Translations under genes and position numbers: made by a program
Part shown: positions 29,676-42,911 of the stretch, one piece after another
Position numbering within the stretch: the first letter of the stretch is position 1
Layout: every line of letters begins with the position of its first letter
Notes under the pieces: generated by a model
Databases searched by the model: none
What the model saw: the letters and a program-made list of their open reading frames with translations, nothing else
What the model was told of the DNA's origin: nothing
Assembly: GCA_964586315.1 (NCBI GenBank)
Contig: CAZPHE010000002.1
Coordinates: 31,706 to 95,705, forward strand
Length of the DNA stretch: 64,000 nucleotides
Reading direction: 5' to 3'
Source of the DNA: an uncultured bacterium
Lineage (GTDB): Bacteria > Fidelibacterota > Marinisomatia > Marinisomatales > UBA1611

Positions 29676-30598
29676 TCGTTTATGCCTTTACCCGTTAGAT
29701 TTAAAAATACATCTTCCAATGATGATTTATTTGATTCTATACTTTGAATATGCAGATCTTCTCTTGATAGGATTTGAATAATTTTTGGCAATTCTTGATC
29801 TGGATCTTTCACTGAAAAATGAAGTCTTTTATCATCAATAGTGTAGGTATACCCTTTCAGCTGTTCTTTAAGTTGAACACATGTGTTCTCAAGATTAATT
29901 GTAATGCCGGAATTGCCTAATTCTTGTGTAAGTGTTTTTGGAGATCCTTTCTTTAAGATTTTCCCTTCATCTATAATTGCCACGTTTTCACATAGTAATT
30001 CTGCTTCTTCAATATAATGAGTTGTTAATAAAATTGTTTTTCCTTCAGAGTGTAAGTCCCGTAAATATTGCCAAAGATTTCTACGAAGTTCAACGTCAAC
30101 ACCCGCGGTTGGTTCGTCAAGAATAATGATTTCGGGATCATGTACTAGAGCTTTTGCAAGTTGAAATCGTCTTTTCATACCCCCAGATAATTGCCTTAAT
30201 CGAGAATTTCTTTTTTTTGAAAGTCCTAAACGATCCAATAAACTATTGACCATTGGAGTCGCTTCTTTTTTTCTTATACCATAATACCCTGCTTGGAAAA
30301 AAAGAAGTTTTTCAATTGGGAAAAACCAATCAACAGAAAATTCTTGAGCAGCAATACCAATCTTTGACCTTGTAAACCGGAAGTTACTTACTGTATCTTG
30401 ACCAAATACTTTAGTGTAGCCATTCTCGCGAAACACTAATCCTGTCAGAATATTAATTGTTGTTGTTTTTCCCGCTCCATTAGGTCCTAATAATCCAAAA
30501 AATTCTCCATTTTTTATTTTTATATCTACACCATTGAGAGCACGTACATCACCATAGGACTTAGTTAATCCTTTGATTTCAATAGCTAGTGATGACAT
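29672..30598 (-). CDS. ABC transporter ATP-binding protein (ABC-2 subfamily, YadG-like)
   Basis: Walker A 'GPNGAGKTT', signature 'LSGGMKRR', Walker B 'IIILDEPT'. Confidence 0.9.
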   Translation of the reverse strand: MSSLAIEIKGLTKSYGDVRALNGVDIKIKNGEFFGLLGPNGAGKTTTINILTGLVFRENGYTKVFGQDTVSNFRFTRSKIGIAAQEFSVDWFFPIEKLLFFQAGYYGIRKKEATPMVNSLLDRLGLSKKRNSRLRQLSGGMKRRFQLAKALVHDPEIIILDEPTAGVDVELRRNLWQYLRDLHSEGKTILLTTHYIEEAELLCENVAIIDEGKILKKGSPKTLTQELGNSGITINLENTCVQLKEQLKGYTYTIDDKRLHFSVKDPDQELPKIIQILSREDLHIQSIESNKSSLEDVFLNLTGKGIND

Positions 30599-30913
30599 TT
30601 AATTTTTAAAACCGATATAGTGTTTAAATGGCGATGGAAAATCAAATCCTTCAGCGCCCGGGAAATGTGCAATTGAGACAATAAATACCCATGGTATCAG
30701 GATTGATGCTTCTAGTTTTTTTGTTGCGTTATCCTCATCTACTTTAAAATTAGGGACTTGAAACTCTGGATGGTGAATCCACATACCATTTTCATCATAT
30801 CCTTTGACTTGTACAAATATTTTATCTTTATCAATGCCTATTTTTTTTAGTGGTTCATGGTTATCTAATACAAGAAGAATTAAATCCCCTACCACTTCTT
30901 CTATTTTCATCAT
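30599..30913 (-). CDS. hypothetical protein (104 aa), first gene of the ABC-2 operon
   Basis: The ORF abuts the ABC ATPase start with no gap. No motif recognised. Confidence 0.4.
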   Translation of the reverse strand: MMKIEEVVGDLILLVLDNHEPLKKIGIDKDKIFVQVKGYDENGMWIHHPEFQVPNFKVDEDNATKKLEASILIPWVFIVSIAHFPGAEGFDFPSPFKHYIGFKN

Positions 30914-30927
30914 GGTTAATCTTACAT

Positions 30928-32124
30928 TTAATTAGATATGAATTTATAAATAGCACCAAAATAATCCACTACATAGAGTTCACCAGTACTATCTTTACCA
31001 AATGATGAAATAAACATAGGAAGTTCAATACTATATTTTTTTAATTCCGATCTGATATTTCTAAATGAAGATATTTTTTTATTTTTTAGTTTGAAAGACC
31101 ATATACGACCGGTACAATAATCACCAAAAATATAACTTCCAAAAAGAGAAGTGTGCTCTTTGCCTCTATAAACATATCCTCCAATTACTGAACAACCTGC
31201 TATTTCTTTGTCATCCATTCCAATAAGTATTTTTAAATAAGGCGCATTATTTGGATATACATGTATTGGTAAAATAAGATTTGTTGTATCACAAAAATCT
31301 TCAGAATCATAACAATGCATTCCTTCCATAATATTCCAACCAAAATTATTTCCTTTTGATTGGTCCCAAGATGTCCAGTTTATTTCTTCCCAAAAGTCTT
31401 GTCCAACATCTCCAATAATTAAATCATTTGTTTTTTTATCAAAAGAAAACCGCCATGGGTTTCGTAGTCCATAACAAAAAATTTCAGGTTTTATATTTTT
31501 TTGCCCAACGAATGGATTATCTTGTGGAATACCATAAGGGTCACCATTATCTACATCAATACGAAGTATAGATCCATGCAGTGTATTTAAATTTTGGCCA
31601 TTATTTAGTGGGTCACCCGAGCTTCCACCATCTCCAAAGCCTATGTATAACATACCATCTTTTGGTCCAAATGTTAGGTGCCCTCCATTATGATTATCAA
31701 ATGGCTGATCTAAACGCAATAGTATTTTTTCGGAATGTTTATCTGCAAGATTAGAGTTTTTTGTAACGGAAAAACGCGAAACAACAGATGTATTATTTTT
31801 GTTAACATAATTCAAAAAAAAATACCCATTATTTTTATAATTAGGGTGAAATGCGAGACCTAAAAGACCTTTTTCACTACCTGGATTTATGGAGTTATGC
31901 ACTCTATCTGATATGTCAAGAAATGGTTGTTTAAGGACTTTATTATCAAGTATAATATTGATTGTTCCTCCTTGATGAACAACAAAAAGACGATTTTTTT
32001 CAGATAAGGGTTGGGTAATATAAATCGCTTTGGAAGGCACGTCGGCTATTTTGACAACTGCTAAATTTTCTCCAATTAAAGGAATAGTTGAAAATATAAA
32101 AAAATAATGTATGATTTTTTTCAT
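30928..32124 (-). CDS. PQQ-dependent sugar dehydrogenase (soluble glucose/sorbosone dehydrogenase family, beta-propeller)
   Basis: Signal peptide, then 'GLLGLAFHPNY', 'HNGGHLTFGPDG', 'GLRNPWRFSFD' and 'GDVGQDFWEEIN'. Confidence 0.8.
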   Translation of the reverse strand: MKKIIHYFFIFSTIPLIGENLAVVKIADVPSKAIYITQPLSEKNRLFVVHQGGTINIILDNKVLKQPFLDISDRVHNSINPGSEKGLLGLAFHPNYKNNGYFFLNYVNKNNTSVVSRFSVTKNSNLADKHSEKILLRLDQPFDNHNGGHLTFGPKDGMLYIGFGDGGSSGDPLNNGQNLNTLHGSILRIDVDNGDPYGIPQDNPFVGQKNIKPEIFCYGLRNPWRFSFDKKTNDLIIGDVGQDFWEEINWTSWDQSKGNNFGWNIMEGMHCYDSEDFCDTTNLILPIHVYPNNAPYLKILIGMDDKEIAGCSVIGGYVYRGKEHTSLFGSYIFGDYCTGRIWSFKLKNKKISSFRNIRSELKKYSIELPMFISSFGKDSTGELYVVDYFGAIYKFISN

Positions 32125-32136
32125 TATTAAATGATT

Positions 32137-34640
<2,504 letters not shown>

Positions 34641-34687
34641 ATAGTATTAATTTAAGTTTTGATGTCCTGAGCTAGGTATTTACACTA

Positions 34688-35110
34688 CTAATTGTTTTGT
34701 ATAGATAAACAATTTTTTCTCCATTGAATTTCATTTTGTTTCTTATCTATAAAATATTTTTTAGAACAAGACAACTCTGTTTTAGCAATAATTGGTAATG
34801 CATTAATTTTGAAATGCATCACAACAATTGAATGTGTGAAATTTGTTTTTGAAATATTGGCAAGCTTGCTGATGATTTTGAAACTAAAAATCATAGCGTC
34901 ATTTACATTTTTAGCATCGGTTTCTATTTCCACTTGAAAAACCATTTCATTTTTATTTTTGTAAAAATGATGTCCAAATAATGCAGGGCTGTTTTTTGAT
35001 TCTTTAAAAAATTCCTCTAACATCATAATAATTTGTTCGTTTCCATAATGAGGGTTATTACCCATTACTGCTTTAAAAAGTATTAGTGTTGAAATAATTT
35101 TTTTAATCAT
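34688..35110 (-). CDS. hypothetical secreted protein (140 aa)
   Basis: N-terminal signal-like segment 'MIKKIISTLILFKAVMG'. Its start lies 1 nt downstream of the stop of the upstream gene (35112-36074). Confidence 0.35.
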   Translation of the reverse strand: MIKKIISTLILFKAVMGNNPHYGNEQIIMMLEEFFKESKNSPALFGHHFYKNKNEMVFQVEIETDAKNVNDAMIFSFKIISKLANISKTNFTHSIVVMHFKINALPIIAKTELSCSKKYFIDKKQNEIQWRKNCLSIQNN

Positions 35111-35111
35111 A

Positions 35112-36074
35112 TTAATGTCTAAATCGAAACCAATGGATTACCCCTAACAGTCCTATTATACTAACTAAAATTAATGTTTTTTGTATTAGTTTAATATCAT
35201 ATACAATTGAACTACTTTTTATTTTGAAGTCATTGGACAATAAAGAATCAATTCCAAAATTCCATATTAAAGTATCTTTTTTTATTGTATGAGAGTTTGT
35301 TCCAATTATCTGTCCAGGCATTAATAATTTGATTATAAATCTGTCATCATTCAAATCAATAGTAGACTGTAATATTTCGATGTTTTTTCTCATTATTTTT
35401 GTTAGCCTATTAGCAGTGTCCTTTTTTAAATTGAATGATTGTATTAAATCATTGAAAATATTTTCCCAAGTATTATTTAAAAGCACTAATTGATTAATAT
35501 AATCCGAATTTATTAATGTATTATTTAACTGACCCATTATACTCTCTATTGGAAAATCACTTTTTTCAAACAATGTACTTTTATCATATTCAATCATTGT
35601 TTTTTCAATCAATTTTTTGAATACTTCTGGAGCCCAAGAAAGAGAATCAATTTTTTGATTTAAAATAGCCTTATTTAATTGTGGATAGTCCATATTAATG
35701 TTTCTTCCAAAAAAGATAAAGCTGAATTCATAAGTAGAGCTTAACCAATTATTTTTTATGGTTTGTTTATATCCATAACCCAAAGGTGCTTTATCAGGGT
35801 TGAAAAAAACAAATTCTTGATCTTCAAGAATCCCTTCTGTGATGTGATAATAATTGGTATCATTTCCATCTTCTAAAATATTGAATGAAGTAGTCCACCC
35901 CACTAAATCCATAGGATGTAGAAAATCAAAGTTGAATATATCAAGGGAATCACCGCGGCTTTCAAATTTAAAATATGTATTTTGATCGGGGTGAATTTGA
36001 ATGAAAATTCTATTTTCTACACATGAAAGCAATATAAAACCCCCGAAGAATAAATAGATAATTGGTTTATACAT
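35112..36074 (-). CDS. hypothetical lipoprotein with a C-terminal TM anchor (320 aa)
   Basis: Lipobox-like 'GGFILLSC' at the N-terminus and a C-terminal helix 'LILVSIIGLLGVIHWF'. Confidence 0.4.
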   Translation of the reverse strand: MYKPIIYLFFGGFILLSCVENRIFIQIHPDQNTYFKFESRGDSLDIFNFDFLHPMDLVGWTTSFNILEDGNDTNYYHITEGILEDQEFVFFNPDKAPLGYGYKQTIKNNWLSSTYEFSFIFFGRNINMDYPQLNKAILNQKIDSLSWAPEVFKKLIEKTMIEYDKSTLFEKSDFPIESIMGQLNNTLINSDYINQLVLLNNTWENIFNDLIQSFNLKKDTANRLTKIMRKNIEILQSTIDLNDDRFIIKLLMPGQIIGTNSHTIKKDTLIWNFGIDSLLSNDFKIKSSSIVYDIKLIQKTLILVSIIGLLGVIHWFRFRH

Positions 36075-36168
36075 ATTGGTAAGAAACTTACTTAATCAAA
36101 TTGTTTTTTGTGCAGTTGCAAATCGATGCTCAAAATTGGTAGCTTTTCTTATGTCCATATGAGGTAGT

Positions 36169-37014
36169 ATGAGTAAATATATATCAATTTTCTTAATCAT
36201 TATTAGTAATCTGCTTGCAGTTGATTCACAAATGACTTGTGTAGTTAGAACAGATTTTGGATTTATTGATTATGCAAACCGAGTTATTATATCCCGTGGG
36301 ACAGCTTCTATTGTTTCTAATGAAGTATCGGAAAACGATGTGCAATTAATAGATAAAAATTTAAAATTATCAAAAGGAGAAGCAAAAACGCGGGCAAGGG
36401 AAAACCTTCTAGGATTAGTCAAGCTAGTAAATTTTGATGGTAGGACAGTAGGCGAAATTATGACTAATGATGCATTAATTGAGAGTAGAGTTGAAACATT
36501 GGTTGGTAGTGCTTATCAACAGGGAGAGATAGAATACTTAGAACGTAATGAAGTAGCTATAGCACTTGCTATAAAAATGTCAGGCCTTGCGGAAATTCTA
36601 ATCGCTGCAGATGGACATATGAAAGATAATTTATCACAATCTACATTCTTAATGACTCGTAATTCCATTCCAAAAAGCGAAAGAGCATCTGGTATTGTAA
36701 TTGATGCGAGAAACATATATCATATTCCTGCTATGGTTCCAAAAGTATTTAATGAGAATGATAAACTTGTATATGGCCCTAGACATTATACGCGATCACG
36801 ATCTGTTAATAGAGGACCTATAGGATATGCACACAGTATGCGAGATGGGAATGTCCGAAGAAGAGTTGGCAATAATCCTATTATAATTGAAGCAGTTAGT
36901 AGTAATGATACTGTAAATCTGACTATTTCCAACATGGATGCGGAACTAATTAGAGATGCAGAAAAAAAGTTTGGACTATTGACTAATTGTAAAGTGTTGG
37001 TTCTATTAAAGTAA
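36169..37014 (+). CDS. hypothetical secreted protein (281 aa), possibly LPP20/FlgT-like
   Basis: Signal peptide 'MSKYISIFLIIISNLLA'. Divergent from the 35112-36074 gene. The family assignment is only a weak impression. Confidence 0.35.
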   Translation: MSKYISIFLIIISNLLAVDSQMTCVVRTDFGFIDYANRVIISRGTASIVSNEVSENDVQLIDKNLKLSKGEAKTRARENLLGLVKLVNFDGRTVGEIMTNDALIESRVETLVGSAYQQGEIEYLERNEVAIALAIKMSGLAEILIAADGHMKDNLSQSTFLMTRNSIPKSERASGIVIDARNIYHIPAMVPKVFNENDKLVYGPRHYTRSRSVNRGPIGYAHSMRDGNVRRRVGNNPIIIEAVSSNDTVNLTISNMDAELIRDAEKKFGLLTNCKVLVLLK

Positions 37015-37165
37015 CCCATTGAAATCTTCTAAACATCACTTACATTTAAAACCAGCCTTATAAATTTTAGGTATGTACTGCCTATTGGAAAGGTTATTCT
37101 CATAAAGGGATGACCTTTTTTTTTAAATATATTCGACTACATATGGATTATTCATCTTTAAGATA

Positions 37166-38257
37166 ATGAAAAAAGCAATTCTTTTATTAGCTGATGGAAA
37201 GATATTTACAGGAACTGTTTTTGGTGCGGAAGGAGAGACAGTTGGAGAGGTTTGTTTTAACACAGGAATGACAGGATACCAAGAAATTTTAACGGATCCT
37301 TCCTATTGCCAACAGATTGTAACAATGACAGCACCTCATATAGGAAATTATGGCATTAACTTTGAAGATATAGAATCTGATAATATTCAGGTTGCTGGGT
37401 TTGTGGTAAAAGAAGAAAGTCCTATTGTTTCTAACTGGCGTTCGAAAAGTTCATTAGGTGAGTATTTAAGATCTGAAAATATTACTGGGATTCAAGGGAT
37501 AGACACAAGAGCTCTCACAATTCATATAAGAGATAATGGGGCAATGAATGGAATTATTTCTGCAATAGATATGGACATAAAATCACTTAAAGAGAAACTG
37601 AATGCTGTTCCTGATATGGAAGGATTAGATTTAGCTAAAGATGTGAGTTGTGAGAAAAAATATTCGTGGAAAAAAAATCAAATTGGAAAATATAATGTTG
37701 TTGCAATTGATTTTGGTATAAAATATAATATTCTCAGATTACTTGAAAACCATAATTGTAATATTACTGTTCTCCCTGCAAATGTGTCTTCTGCAGAGAT
37801 TTTTGCATTGAATCCAGATGGTGTTTTTCTTTCAAATGGGCCAGGTGATCCTGCAGCAGTAAAATATGCGATTGAAACAGTAAAAGCTATCATAGGTAAA
37901 ATTCCTATCTTTGGGATATGTTTAGGTCATCAGATACTTGCAATTGCACTCGGAGCTAAAACTTTCAAATTAAAATTTGGGCACAGAGGGATTAACCATC
38001 CTGTTAAGAATATAGAGACTGGTATAATTGAAATAACAAGTCAAAATCATGGGTTTGCAGTTGACTTGGATTCACTTCCAAAAAATGTTATATCAACTCA
38101 CATTAATCTTAATGATAATACATCTGAAGGAATTAGATGTGCAGAATTAGCAGCTTTTTCTGTTCAATACCATCCTGAATCAAATCCAGGACCCCATGAT
38201 AGCAGATATTTATTTAAAAACTTTATAGAACTAATGAAAAATGCCAAAAAGGACTGA
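37166..38257 (+). CDS. carA: carbamoyl-phosphate synthase small (glutaminase) subunit
   Basis: '[10 protein letters not shown]' N-domain and class I GATase 'GICLGHQ' followed by 'YHPE'. Confidence 0.95.
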   Translation: MKKAILLLADGKIFTGTVFGAEGETVGEVCFNTGMTGYQEILTDPSYCQQIVTMTAPHIGNYGINFEDIESDNIQVAGFVVKEESPIVSNWRSKSSLGEYLRSENITGIQGIDTRALTIHIRDNGAMNGIISAIDMDIKSLKEKLNAVPDMEGLDLAKDVSCEKKYSWKKNQIGKYNVVAIDFGIKYNILRLLENHNCNITVLPANVSSAEIFALNPDGVFLSNGPGDPAAVKYAIETVKAIIGKIPIFGICLGHQILAIALGAKTFKLKFGHRGINHPVKNIETGIIEITSQNHGFAVDLDSLPKNVISTHINLNDNTSEGIRCAELAAFSVQYHPESNPGPHDSRYLFKNFIELMKNAKKD

Positions 38258-41200
38258 TATAGAGACCATTTTGATCATTGGTGCAGGACCAATTGTAATT
38301 GGTCAAGCATGTGAATTTGATTATTCTGGTACACAGGCAACTAGGGCATTAAAAGAAGAGGGATATAGAGTTGTTTTGGTCAATTCAAACCCTGCAACTA
38401 TAATGACAGATCCAGATTTAGCAGACGCCACATATATTGAACCATTAACAATCGAGTTTATAGAAGCTGTTATTAAAAAAGAAAAGCCAAATGCTATCCT
38501 TCCAACCGTGGGGGGACAAACAGGATTGAATTTAGCAATGGAATTATATAAAAAAGGCACCCTTGATTTTTTTGATGTAGAATTGATTGGTGCACAAATA
38601 GATGTTATAGAAAAAGCCGAAGATAGAGAAAGGTTCAAGAATGCAATGGATAAAGTTGGAATTAATACAGCACGGGGGGACTTTGTTAAGTCTTGGAAAG
38701 ATGCAGAAACCATTCTTAACGAAATTCAATTCCCGATTATTATTAGGCCTTCGTTCACTTTAGGTGGGACTGGAGGATCTGTTGCATATAATTATGAAGA
38801 ATTTAAAAACCAAGTTGAAAAAGGTCTCCTAGCTAGCCCAATAAAAGAGGTATTAATTGAAGAGTCATTACTGGGATGGAAAGAATTTGAATTAGAGGTT
38901 GTTAGAGATAAGGCTGATAATGCAATTATTATTTGCTCTATTGAAAACATAGATCCCATGGGGGTGCATACTGGAGATTCAGTCACCGTTGCACCTGCGA
39001 TGACTTTATCGGATAAAGAACTTCAAATTATGAGAAATTGGTCTTTGTTATGTTTGAGAACCATCGGGGTGGAAACAGGTGGGTCTAATGTTCAATTTGC
39101 AGTTAATCCTGCAAATGGGAAATGCGTTATTATAGAAATGAATCCAAGAGTAAGTCGTTCATCTGCATTAGCTTCAAAAGCAACTGGTTTCCCCATTGCA
39201 AAGGTAGCTGCAAAACTTGCTGTTGGATATACACTTGATGAATTACCAAATGATGTTACTGGAAAAACCTTGGCAGCTTTTGAACCCACAATTGATTATA
39301 TAGTAACTAAAGTTCCTAGATTTGACTTTGAAAAATTTCCTACTGCATCTGGGCATTTAGGAGTTCAAATGCAAAGTGTCGGTGAAGTAATGGCTATAGG
39401 TAGAACTTTCAAGGAATCTTTGCAAAAAGCGTATCGATCATTAGAAGTTGGTCTAGATGGATTGGAAGCAAAACCAATCATTGAAAATGATCCAAATTTA
39501 GTTCGTTCTAGATCATTAGATATGTCAACTCTTAGATATGCTACTAGCTTTAGACTCTTAAAGGTAAGACAAGCATTTATAAAGGGCGAATCAATAGAAT
39601 ATGTTTATCAATTAACCAAGATTGATCCTTGGTTTTTATATCAAATAAAACAACTTACAGAATTCAATAATAAAGATTCATTATCAGTGTTAAAACAAAA
39701 TGGGTTTTCAGATGCGCAAATAGGTCGTTTGTATAATAAATCAGAGTTAGAGATAAGAGACCTTAGAAAAAAGAATTCAATTTTACCTTCTTTTAAAATT
39801 GTAGATACATGTGCAGCTGAGTTTAGCTCAAAGACACCATATTGTTATTCAAGTTATGAGAATCAAAATGAAATTGAACCTCTTGAAGATAAAAAAGTCA
39901 TGATTCTAGGAGGAGGACCAAATCGTATAGGGCAAGGTATTGAATTTGATTATTGTTGTGTACAAGCCGTTTTTGGACTTAAAGATCAGGGGTATAAAAC
40001 TATAATGGTTAATTGTAATCCAGAGACAGTTAGTACAGATTTTGATTTAGTAGACCGACTTTATTTTGAACCAGTAACATTTGAAGATGTATTAAATATT
40101 ATTGAATTTGAGAAGCCTCATGGTGTATTAGTACAGTTTGGAGGCCAAACGCCATTAAAGATAGCAAATGTTCTACAAGATGCGGGGGCATCAATTATTG
40201 GTACGTCTCCAGAGAATATTGATCTTGCCGAAGATCGTGAGAAATTTGGTTTTATCCTTGAAAAATTGAATTTCACTTGTCCTAAATATGGTACAGGTCG
40301 AACCTTAAATGAAGTAATTAATGTTGCGAATGCAATAGGGTACCCCGTACTAGCTCGCCCTAGTTATGTTTTGGGTGGTCGTGCCATGGAAATAGTTTAT
40401 TCAAAAAAACAACTTATTGATTATATTGCTCGTTCTGCTGATGTTACAGAGGGTCACCCGATTCTTATAGATGAATTTCTTGAAGATGCTTTTGAATTTG
40501 ATGTAGATGCTTTATGTGATGGTCAAAGAGTACATATTGGAGCTGTTATGCAACATATTGAGGAAGCGGGTATACATTCAGGCGATTCCGCCTGTGTTTT
40601 ACCACCTTATAGAATTACCACAGAAGCATTGGAGACTATTATTCGCATTACAAAAGAATTAGCACTTGAATTGAATGTTAAAGGTTTGATTAATCTGCAA
40701 TTTGCTTATAAGGATGGGAAAGTATATGTATTAGAAGTAAATCCCAGAGCAAGTCGTACTGTACCATTTGTTAGTAAGGCAACCAATATTCCATTAGCAC
40801 GAATTGCTGCACAAATTGCTGCAGGGGCCACCCTTGATCAATTTGAATTAAAAGCCTGGGATCAAAGCCAATATGTATCGGTTAAAGAAGCAGTATTGCC
40901 TTTTACTAAATTTCCAGAAGAATCTATTTTTCTTAGTCCTGAGATGAAATCAACTGGAGAGGTCATGGCTATTTCTGAAACATTAGGTGAATCTTTTAGG
41001 AAAGCATCAATAAGTGCTGGCAATATTATTCCTAGTAAAGGTACAGTATTTATATCAGTCAATAATGCAGATAAATTAGATGTAATTTCAATCGCTAGAG
41101 ATATGTCTGAAATGGGATTCAGTTTAGTGGCAACTTTAGGTACGGCTAGGGAGTTAGAACGTAATGGATTGAAAGTAGTACCTGTATTTAAAGTTGGAGA

Positions 41201-41429
41201 AGGGCGCCCTAATATTGTTGATGGTATAAAAAATGGAGAAGTAAACCTAGTAATAAATACACCTATGGGTGCTCAATCAAGATATGATGAAGAGGCAATA
41301 GGGCGTGCCTGTATAAAGCATAACATTGTTGCTATCACTACATTATCTGGAGCAAATGCAGTCGTAAGGGCGATTCGTCTTGCATCGAAACCGGTTAAAG
41401 TAAGGTCAATTCAAAATTATTATAAATAA
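38241..41429 (+). CDS. carB: carbamoyl-phosphate synthase large subunit
   Basis: 1062 aa with duplicated ATP-grasp halves ('[24 protein letters not shown]' and '[22 protein letters not shown]') and a C-terminal MGS-like domain. Confidence 0.97.
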   Translation: MPKRTDIETILIIGAGPIVIGQACEFDYSGTQATRALKEEGYRVVLVNSNPATIMTDPDLADATYIEPLTIEFIEAVIKKEKPNAILPTVGGQTGLNLAMELYKKGTLDFFDVELIGAQIDVIEKAEDRERFKNAMDKVGINTARGDFVKSWKDAETILNEIQFPIIIRPSFTLGGTGGSVAYNYEEFKNQVEKGLLASPIKEVLIEESLLGWKEFELEVVRDKADNAIIICSIENIDPMGVHTGDSVTVAPAMTLSDKELQIMRNWSLLCLRTIGVETGGSNVQFAVNPANGKCVIIEMNPRVSRSSALASKATGFPIAKVAAKLAVGYTLDELPNDVTGKTLAAFEPTIDYIVTKVPRFDFEKFPTASGHLGVQMQSVGEVMAIGRTFKESLQKAYRSLEVGLDGLEAKPIIENDPNLVRSRSLDMSTLRYATSFRLLKVRQAFIKGESIEYVYQLTKIDPWFLYQIKQLTEFNNKDSLSVLKQNGFSDAQIGRLYNKSELEIRDLRKKNSILPSFKIVDTCAAEFSSKTPYCYSSYENQNEIEPLEDKKVMILGGGPNRIGQGIEFDYCCVQAVFGLKDQGYKTIMVNCNPETVSTDFDLVDRLYFEPVTFEDVLNIIEFEKPHGVLVQFGGQTPLKIANVLQDAGASIIGTSPENIDLAEDREKFGFILEKLNFTCPKYGTGRTLNEVINVANAIGYPVLARPSYVLGGRAMEIVYSKKQLIDYIARSADVTEGHPILIDEFLEDAFEFDVDALCDGQRVHIGAVMQHIEEAGIHSGDSACVLPPYRITTEALETIIRITKELALELNVKGLINLQFAYKDGKVYVLEVNPRASRTVPFVSKATNIPLARIAAQIAAGATLDQFELKAWDQSQYVSVKEAVLPFTKFPEESIFLSPEMKSTGEVMAISETLGESFRKASISAGNIIPSKGTVFISVNNADKLDVISIARDMSEMGFSLVATLGTARELERNGLKVVPVFKVGEGRPNIVDGIKNGEVNLVINTPMGAQSRYDEEAIGRACIKHNIVAITTLSGANAVVRAIRLASKPVKVRSIQNYYK

Positions 41430-41510
41430 ACTTCTTATTTGCATTATCTAAAATATTTCTATAGAATTTTTATTATCATCTAATAGATTTATTATATAAA
41501 AAACAATAAA

Positions 41511-42908
41511 ATGAAACACAGCTCACAACAAGATCGCGTTCAAGAGACCGATGTGTCAAGCGCTGAACTAGAAAAGGTTATTGGTTCCAATAAGGATCTT
41601 TATGATAAACTTAATAAAATTCCTGAAATTGAAGCACTTAATTCTGTTTTATTGGAAGATGAAGAGAAAGAAGAGGTTAAAAAGGATTCCAATCTTGCTT
41701 TTGATTTCATCAATAATTTAAAATCATTTTACTCCAGCAATGAACTTATTAGATATGCTTCTTGGGCTTTTATTCTAATTCTTATTTCTACAAGCGCTCT
41801 TACAATACTAGAATATGATATGTTTCGTGCAGATGTTTCTGATGATATTAATGGGAGTTTTATTTTTGGGGAAAATGAACCGAACTGGTTAGATACTTTT
41901 TTTCATACTTTATGGTGGTCTGTTGTTACATTTACAACAGTTGGTTATGGTGATGTTAGCCCTGTTACTCATTTGGGTAAATTACTTACTATAGTAATTA
42001 TGTTATTAAATTTTGGCGTTGTTACATTATTAGGCGGGGCTGTTGCATCCGTTTTGGTTGCTCAAAGATTAAAAGGAGATGATACCTTGGATGAAAACAA
42101 ATTTAATGGTCATTTGGTTATTGCAGGTTGGAATAAAACTGTTCCATCTATTTTGGCCCTTATTGATGCGAATCAAGATTCAACTTCAATTATAATTCTA
42201 ATCAATGAAACGGATAAAGATATTATCCAGAGAACCATTGTTAGTTACGAAAGATTAGATATCACACATATCCCTGAAAACTTTACAAATGAGTCAGTCT
42301 TAAAAAAGGCTTTTTTAGATAAAGCAGGAGCATTCATGATTTTACCCGATACTTCTGGATTGCTCCCTCATGAGGAAGCCGATGAGGATAAAACAGTCCT
42401 CACATGCCTCACCGCAAAATCTATTGCTGAATCTTGTAATGTTATTGCGCATGTGCTTGATGTGGAAAACGTTTCTCATCTTCAACGTGCAAATGCCAAT
42501 GAAATTGTAATCCCGGATGAACATGTTCCGCATTTGTTAGCAAAGCATGTAACTGATCCAGGAGTCCCTCAGTTTTTTGACGATCTTATTTTAAAAGAAG
42601 AAGAAGATAAAGGACTACAGGAAGTGAAAATCCCTAAAACATTAAATGGACAGACCCATAATAAAATATCAGCTTTTTATAAATTTAAATACGGATGGTT
42701 ATTGGTTGGGTATGCTATTCGGAAAGCAGGTTTTAGTTTGGATGAACATATGGGTGAAAGCGGGAGCCCATTAATTAGGAATATGATTAAAGAACAATTA
42801 GATGGTGCTGGTATAAGCCTTAGTAGTGATGAACATGTTATTGTTGAAATTAACCCTCCGGATGACTATACTATTGATGAAAAACACAGTGCATTGGTTT
42901 TGAGATAG
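41511..42908 (+). CDS. 2-TM potassium channel with a cytoplasmic RCK/TrkA-N-like domain
   Basis: Pore helix and selectivity filter 'WWSVVTFTTVGYGDVSP' (filter at nt 41934-41954), flanked by two TM helices. 'GHLVIAGWNKTV' is a Rossmann-like RCK start. Confidence 0.85.
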   Translation: MKHSSQQDRVQETDVSSAELEKVIGSNKDLYDKLNKIPEIEALNSVLLEDEEKEEVKKDSNLAFDFINNLKSFYSSNELIRYASWAFILILISTSALTILEYDMFRADVSDDINGSFIFGENEPNWLDTFFHTLWWSVVTFTTVGYGDVSPVTHLGKLLTIVIMLLNFGVVTLLGGAVASVLVAQRLKGDDTLDENKFNGHLVIAGWNKTVPSILALIDANQDSTSIIILINETDKDIIQRTIVSYERLDITHIPENFTNESVLKKAFLDKAGAFMILPDTSGLLPHEEADEDKTVLTCLTAKSIAESCNVIAHVLDVENVSHLQRANANEIVIPDEHVPHLLAKHVTDPGVPQFFDDLILKEEEDKGLQEVKIPKTLNGQTHNKISAFYKFKYGWLLVGYAIRKAGFSLDEHMGESGSPLIRNMIKEQLDGAGISLSSDEHVIVEINPPDDYTIDEKHSALVLR

Positions 42909-42911
42909 ATT

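Noticed and set aside
37015-37165. A possible PyrR-type attenuator or riboswitch upstream of carA. A weak hairpin (AAAGGT...ACCTTT) followed by a run of nine T is present.
   Set aside because: No PyrR-binding-loop consensus was seen. The hairpin plus T-run is more simply a weak terminator for the upstream 36169-37014 gene, with a long loop and a stem of only 6 bp.
38321-41062. Five antisense ORFs inside carB (38321-38713, 38544-38729, 38792-38986, 39092-39289, 40862-41062).
   Set aside because: They lie opposite a strongly conserved 1062-aa CarB reading frame and their translations are low-complexity with no motifs. These are typical shadow ORFs.
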